DNA of 64,000 nt from Neoechinorhynchus agilis (taxonomy: Eukaryota > Animalia > Acanthocephala): positions 4,153,489-4,217,488 of the forward strand of contig CM121342.1 in assembly GCA_051530055.1 (NCBI GenBank), written 5' to 3'. A program made the position numbers and the translations under genes. Of the stretch, positions 57,366 through 64,000 are shown piece after piece (within the stretch, counting starts at the first letter, position 1; each line of letters starts with the position of its first letter). The notes below the pieces were generated by a model that had not been told where the DNA came from, ran no database searches, and saw nothing but the letters and a program-made list of their open reading frames with translations.

Positions 57366-59965
57366 AAATTTTATAAAAGAATGTAGGAAAAGTGTTGGCT
57401 GCATCATTTTAAGCTAGAGTAAAAAACGGTTATAAAAAATACTTACTTTTCTCGAATCAACGAAGCATTGATCAAGGCAGAGCTTTCAACTGGTAAAATA
57501 ACTGCGAGCCAATTTATGTCGTTTTCATCGTTAACACAAAAGCGTTAATTTCCATCTTTTTTTGGCATTTTAAGCATAAAATCGTGTTCATCAAGACTAT
57601 TTGTGTTGGAAGCCGAAATATCCTCTACTTTCTCTACCTCAGGAATATAGAATTTCAACATATTTTCAATCCCGTTCTTTAGAGTAATTGTAGAACTAGG
57701 ACATCCAACACAAGCTCCTTTCAGTTTCACGCTTACAATTCCATCGTTAAATCCAACAAATTGGATATCACCGCCATCATTAACAATAATAGGTCGCACC
57801 TTTTCATTTAAAAGAGCTTTAATTTGCTTGGAAATTTCGTCTAAATCCGATTCATCTTGCTGTTCGTGTGCGGTCACATCTTCTTCATCAATCAATTGAC
57901 TCCCTTCAATAGAGAAATAATTCATTAAAATCTCAAAGATCTCGGGTTTCATCACCATCCAATCTCGCTCTTCGGATTTTGTAATCGATACGAAATCGGG
58001 ACCGAACATGAGTCTTTAATGAACAATTTTCATCGATTATCACCGATTTTAAACAATCTGAATAAAAATTGTTCACTTTATTCACCCCACTGACTCCAAA
58101 CAATCTTTTAGCCAATCGAGGTAGTTTCTGACCGTCGTTGGAGCTATCGAAAATGACTGGTGAACTTGCGGTTACCGATTTTCCTCCAGGAAAGAACTTG
58201 AGGCTGTTTGGATTTGGCGTCTCTTCCGTTCGAACGAACATTGAACGAACCTGCGGTCTTCCCACTGATGATAGCAATGATCGGATAAAGCGGAACATTT
58301 AGAACACAGTGCCGTAATATCGTTAAATTTTAATTATACTATGAAGAATCTATAAAATATGCTCGAGTTTCGAGTGGAAGAAGTGTGAAGAGGAACGCTA
58401 TACAAAACAAAGACAAGAAGTTTTAGTCCAGAAATCAGGAAAATCAATCGGAATACAAAAAAGAGTTCGATTTGTGAAGCAGCACTAAATTTATCTTCAA
58501 AATAAGTAGGAGAATTAACTAAAAGGAACATACAGAAATAAAGTGCTAAAATCTCATCCGCGATGATCTTAGATTTTGTAGCCAAAACTGTCGATAGCTT
58601 TGTCGAGTCCTACATTATCAGTAAATTAATTTATAATAAATATTATCAGCCGTCGATGATTTCGAGAGGACGAAAGCCACGATCAATCATTAATGATAAA
58701 ATGACGGTACCAATCGCGTGGTGCAAAGGTGGAAAAGGCGTTTTATTGTTACAAAAACCGAGAAAAATAATAATTGGGGATTTTTTTGAGAGAATCACCC
58801 TAAAATCGAACGTCCCCAAATAAATTTACAATATTCGTAGAAATTAAATATCTATCGACTCGCCGGCTAAAAATGTCATTTTTCCTAAAAAAGAAAAAAC
58901 AGAATCACAAGAGAACAAAATTGGGGATTTTCTTTTTTTGAAAGAGAGTCCCCAAATAAATTTACAATATTCGTAGAACTTAAATATTTATCGACTCGGC
59001 GGCTAAAAAATGTCATTTTTCTTAAAAAGAAAAAAACAGAATCACAAGAGAACAAAATGGGGGATTTTCTTTTTTTTTGAGAGAAACGCCGATTTTCAAA
59101 AATCGAACGTCCCCAATAAATTGACAATATTCGCAGAACTTAAATATTTATCGACTCGGCGGCTAAAAATATCATTTTTCTTAAATAGAAAAAAATCACA
59201 AGAGAACAAAATTGGGGATTTTCTTTTTTTTGAGAGAATCACTCTAAAATCGAACGTCCCCAATAAATTGACAATATTTGTGGCCCTCGAAAATATTTAT
59301 GAACGTGTGATTTGTTTTTCCGTTCTTTTATGACGAAAAGCATTTCTCGTAAACGAACACCTTTTCGAGTTTTCAAAGTGCTTAACTGAGTTGCTCAATG
59401 ATCGATCCTTGCAAATCAAAATTTCTGCTTTATCCCGAAGATCCAGAAAAGAAAGAGTTTGGCCAAATGTTGGAGGACGTCTTTTCGGCGTATGCGGATC
59501 GATTTAGCCACAAAACCAAAAAGGGATTCATTACAGACTCGGAAGCAGATCGATTGTATTTTTTATTTAAGAGCGCCTTCGGTAATTGGCTAATGCTTTA
59601 TTCTTTTCGAAAACTCTCGTTTGTAGCAAAAGAAAGGACAAAAATCGCCGAACTGAATTTCCGATCTTCACGAAAGGCATTTAAGGAAAACGTCGCGTTT
59701 GTTATGAAGAACAACGCCTTATGTTTGTTCGGATTTGAAAGCGGATATCTCGGCATTACAGAATTTGCGGATATCGTAAGTTTTTTTTAGCAATCGACCG
59801 AGAAAAAAGGTTTCGATTATTTAGGACGAGCGAGAGTTCTACACAAAAATGTTTGCGTGAAAGTTTTCGCAAAAAAGAACGTGTTTTTTCCGAGAATTGT
59901 TAGAAATTCCGAGAACTTAAGACGAATTCGCCATGTTCACTAAATTTACTTTCTTTTCTCCTTCT
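57366..59965. repeat. Right arm of the inverted segmental duplication
   Basis: Reverse complement of 49860-52752 with ~293 bp fewer minisatellite units. Confidence 0.92.
57545..58298 (-). CDS. NFU1: NFU1, copy 2
   Basis: Same ORFs as copy 1 except VRTEE vs VLTEE and SPVIFD vs SPVTFD. Confidence 0.93.
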
Positions 59966-61500
59966 AAAATGCGAGTTAAATACTTTGGATGTGCCGGATG
60001 GTGAGAAAATCAACTCAACGATTTCCTCCACAAAACCCATCAAGTCCTAATGACTTAAATTTCGACTTGGAGAAATTATGGCTCACCAGTTGAGATTTTT
60101 TCCGTTCTATTTGAGGTTGAAATTGCCGCTTGATTGCTAATCATGGTTGTGGCACTTTTGCTCCTTTTGGCGTTTGCACGATGATTTTTAGAATCTTGTG
60201 GTACGCAAATTTTGATGTTATCCGAAAAGCTCTTCTCTTGAAGGTCTACAGTAACACCAGCATCGTCCTCAGCCTTTATCCCGTTTGGATGCGGGGTTGG
60301 CTACTTTTGATATTGTTCGCCATTTTATTCGATCACTGGCTTCGTCCGAATAAAGTCGCGATGGTATCGAGCCAGCGTTGTTTTGGTCTTGTTTTTCACC
60401 TCGATTTCCAGATTAGCCCTCGTTCAAGCTAGCGGAGGAGGTATTCTATGAGTTTGTCGATGATCGGTGCAACATTGATCTGGCGGATTGTAGGGTAAAA
60501 GCGCAAATAACGCCTCGGTTTTACAAGGGAAGAAGATCTATTCGTTGCGGCCGTGGATGGAACCAACAGATGATGTTCTGATTCGCTTAATTCCATCATT
60601 TAAAAAGATTGATAATGATCCAGGCCTAAAGTTACCGAAATATCAGACTTGATAAATTCCTTCAATTTTTACACCATAAAAAACAATTTCCTGGCACGTC
60701 TCTACCAATTTTTGGAGATCATCTTTATCCTTTAAAGACAGGAAAACGTCGTCTTGGCTGATTGTGTCCACGACAAGTATAAATAATAAGGGAGGAAAGG
60801 GCACTTCCCTGATGAACGCCAGTGGATTCTAGGGAGGAAGTGAGACTGAAGAAGGAATATTCTTTTCAAAATAAACATTTGTTTTCAACCGTGTAAAATG
60901 GTAAATATAAGTGAAAAGGATAAAATGCGGTTGAGAAATCAGTCGACGATCAGCGAACTGATCTTAACCACAAGGATTAAGTGGCTCATCTCGACCGAAC
61001 GGACTTCGCCCTCTCGACCTCACCAAATCCGCATTCTCCATAGTTTTGAACCAGTATTGTTTATGGCTAAAATAACGATTACTTTATCTTCATCAAAAAC
61101 AATGCCACAAAAAGGATCAAAAGGTACAAGAGTCCAATTCTTTTTATCCGAAAACAAAAGTTTTATTGCAGCAGCAACTTAAATTAAAATTCTAAGGCGT
61201 TCATTACCAATCCTAAAAGTCATATCAAGAGAAAATCCATATCAGGATGGTTAATTTTGACTTGTTGTTAATTTTTCGCGAAATATTTCGAAAGAGAGGA
61301 AAATTCGCCAGCAATGATTGAGAGATGGCGAGGTTTCTTCTCTTTCGAAATATTTCGTGAACAATAAAATGATTTTTAACCGGGTGATTATCTTCACCAC
61401 AAGTCAAAATCCTAAAAGTGCTTCCATACATCGATCAACAAAAATTGAAATGTGACCATAGCAACAGGATTTTGTTATTATATTCATTCTAAGGACAGCA

Positions 61501-62428
61501 ATGAAGACTCGTATTTCTAAAAAAGTTTATATTAAAGCCTACAATTTTTTGGTTGCAAAGAAGGGAAAAAAGAGAGGCCTATTGAGTTTAAAGAAGATTG
61601 ACAGGTTTTTAAGACGAGTCGGCTTCAATCCTAGTGCCGAGGCCATCAAACAAATAAGTGAGGAAATCTCTCGAACTGTTGTTGTTGGTAAGAATGAAGT
61701 CGGTTTAAGGTGGCACTTCCCAACTTATCTAAGTTGTCTATTGCCATCAAAGATGACCTAATAAATGCTATTGAAAATAGTGATCTTGGAAAAAGCACCA
61801 GAGATGAGGATTTAGATATGATTCGAACAGCGTTTCGTTGTCTAGCACTGAACGATAATCTAAGCGAGCCAATTGATGTGGAAAAGTTAAACCAAAGGCT
61901 CAAAAAACCGCCGGCATTAAACGCGAAAGCTTTTAAAGTGGTGATGAAATACGGTCTCGCAGAAGACGGTGCCAATTTTGATTACACAAAATTCGAAAGT
62001 GGCTTGTTTCAGCAGAATCCGAAGAAAAATAGACACCGAGGTCGGATCAGTGATAGATTCTTGAATTTCAAAGGTTCCTTTTCGTTTAGCCAAAGACTTT
62101 ATCTTCGATTGATCGTTGATTATTTACAAAATCTTTTTTTTAAATCCCCTCATTTGTTTTTGATCCGGCCACCGTGGATAAAAAAAGGGTTCGGCGGAAA
62201 AAGAAACCAAAGAAAAAGACGGTTCGTAAAGTAAAGAAAAAGGTTCAAAGGCCAAAGAAGAAGGCTGTTGAGCGTAAGCCAAAAGCAAAGAAAGCTAAGA
62301 AAAGGATAAAAGGAAAAATGAAGAAGTCGATTGCGTCTAAACATAGCGCATATTTCCGTGCTTTAGAGAAAAGGATTGCTCGTCTTAAAGAAGAGTCGAT
62401 GAAATTTGAGCATGAATATCAAAAATGA
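61501..62428 (+). CDS. Degenerate EF-hand (calmodulin/light-chain-like) protein with a Lys-rich C-terminal tail; multi-exon
   Basis: FLRRVGFNPSAEAIKQI and LDMIRTAFRCL resemble LGQNPTEAEL and EIREAFRVF; GTAAGA donor at 61688; the last ORF is KKKPKKKTVRKVKKK-rich. The final junction is unresolved. Confidence 0.45.
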
Positions 62429-62453
62429 TTATTTTTTCTGTGAAAGTGGAAAT

Positions 62454-62930
62454 TTAGTTTTCTTTAAAGTATTCTTCAACCGCTTGAGAATCAATACCAA
62501 ATTCACTGAGATCGGGTAGATGAGCTTCGTCCAATCTAAACCAATGAGCGCAATAACACCGCTTGGTTTCCCCTCGATAAATCTTCATGTATTTGACATG
62601 GCATTGTTCCTCCTCGCAAACGCAACCCAAAACCGATTCGTCGTGAAAAGAAGTGACCACATTGGGATCTTCACGGGTACTTATTGCTTTTCTTTTGATT
62701 TGAATTGGTCGCATTGGATTAGCGATTCCTCTGAGCCGTAAAGCAACATCGAGTCGTGCCATTCCATGCAAAGTATCCCATGGATCGAGCACACCATTAA
62801 CCTGGCGATCATCGAATTTCGCCAGTACAGGACGTCTAAAGACCACTGGCGGAGAAGACTCCGGCGATTTTCGAAAATAACTTCGGAATCGATCAATCAG
62901 AGCTCCACGATTCACCAAAGTAACTCTCAT
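62454..62930 (-). CDS. COX5B: Cytochrome c oxidase subunit 5B
   Basis: DPWDTLHGMARL, TREDPNVVTS, LGCVCEE and KRCYCAHWFRL (Zn-binding Cys pattern). Confidence 0.88.
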   Translation of the reverse strand: MRVTLVNRGALIDRFRSYFRKSPESSPPVVFRRPVLAKFDDRQVNGVLDPWDTLHGMARLDVALRLRGIANPMRPIQIKRKAISTREDPNVVTSFHDESVLGCVCEEEQCHVKYMKIYRGETKRCYCAHWFRLDEAHLPDLSEFGIDSQAVEEYFKEN

Positions 62931-63054
62931 CCTCCTTTTTTTAATAACTCAGCACATCGCAAAGCGCCAGGAAATGTCTTATTCTTTCGAAGTTCATCGA
63001 AACAATGAGTATTTCCGATCGAGAAATACTCGTGTACTCATGGATCGCGAAATT

Positions 63055-64000
63055 AAAAACATATTTGGAATCAGTGTCATTGGTCGAAGCACGAAATCTA
63101 GGACGAAATAAAGAAAATATTTGGAATTCTCAAAAAAGTGCTAGGACCTAGAGGACTATTAGCAAAAAAATCATTTTTCTCTATATTTTGCTTAAAAATG
63201 TATTTGGAATCAGTGTCATTGGTCGAAGCACGAAATCTAGGACGAAATAAAGAAAATATTTGGAATTCTCACAAAAGTGCTACGACCTAGAGGACTATTA
63301 GCAAAAAAATCATTTTTCTCTATATTTTGCTTAAAAACATATTTGGAATCAGTGTCATTGGTCGAAGCACGAAATCTAGGACGAAATAAAGAAAATATTT
63401 GGAATTCTCACAAAAGTGCTACGACCTAGAGGACTATTAGCAAAAAAATCATTTTTCTCTATATTTTGCTTAAAAACATATTTGGAATCAGTGTCATTGG
63501 TCGAAGCACGAAATCTAGGACGAAATAAAGAAAATATTTGGAATTCTCACAAAAGTGCTACGACCTAGAGGACTATTAGCAAAAAAATCATTTTTCTCTA
63601 TATTTTGCTTAAAAACATATTTGGAATCAGTGTCATTGGTCGAAGCACGAAATCTAGGACGAAATAAAGAAAATATTTGGAATTCTCACAAAAGTGCTAC
63701 GACCTAGAGGACTATTAGCAAAAAAATCATTTTTCTCTATATTTTGCTTAAAAACATATTTGGAATCAGTGTCATTGGTCGAAGCACGAAATCTAGGACG
63801 AAATAAAGAAAATATTTGGAATTCTCACAAAAGTGCTACGACCTAGAGGACTATTAGCAAAAAAATCATTTTTCTCTATATTTTGCTTAAAAACATATTT
63901 GGAATCAGTGTCATTGGTCGAAGCACGAAATCTAGGACGAAATAAAGAAAATATTTGGAATTCTCACAAAAGTGCTACGACCTAGAGGACTATTAGCAAA
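63055..64000. repeat. Tandem repeat, 139-bp unit, runs off the window end
   Basis: atttggaatcagtgtcattgg at ~63062, ~63201, ~63340 and onward. Confidence 0.95.

Noticed and set aside
60000-60860. Coding-like or TE-like stretch
   Set aside because: Frames are broken by stops on both strands and no diagnostic motif was found.

Overview
AT-rich animal-type nuclear DNA with compact genes (introns mostly 30-70 nt) separated by about 14 unrelated tandem-repeat arrays. Recognisable genes: PCYT2 (split by a hAT-type DNA transposon inserted in its coding exon, with a perfect 8-bp target-site duplication), COX7A-like, a catalytically dead aminopeptidase-P-like gene, SPRTN, COPS5, THOC7 head-to-head with RPA12/POLR1H, a C2H2 finger, RACK1, FAHD1, a mini ELM2/SANT protein, U2AF2, POMP, two NFU1 copies in an inverted duplication, smoothelin-like, an EF-hand-like/Lys-rich protein and COX5B. 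The most striking signal is a dispersed and tandem repeat family with a tRNA-Ser-like Pol III head and a complete hammerhead ribozyme core whose three strands are in a non-circularly permuted order (five tandem copies at 6.3-7.9 kb, two at 38.7-39.25 kb, decayed copies at 9.1 and 10.7 kb), beside fragments of a CRE-like RLE retrotransposon. Also noted: several introns with no homology-preserving GT-AG solution, and acceptor-like AGs directly before start codons (possible trans-splicing). All identifications are by eye from recalled family motifs; no searches were run, array boundaries are approximate, and the assembly contains visible low-quality patches.
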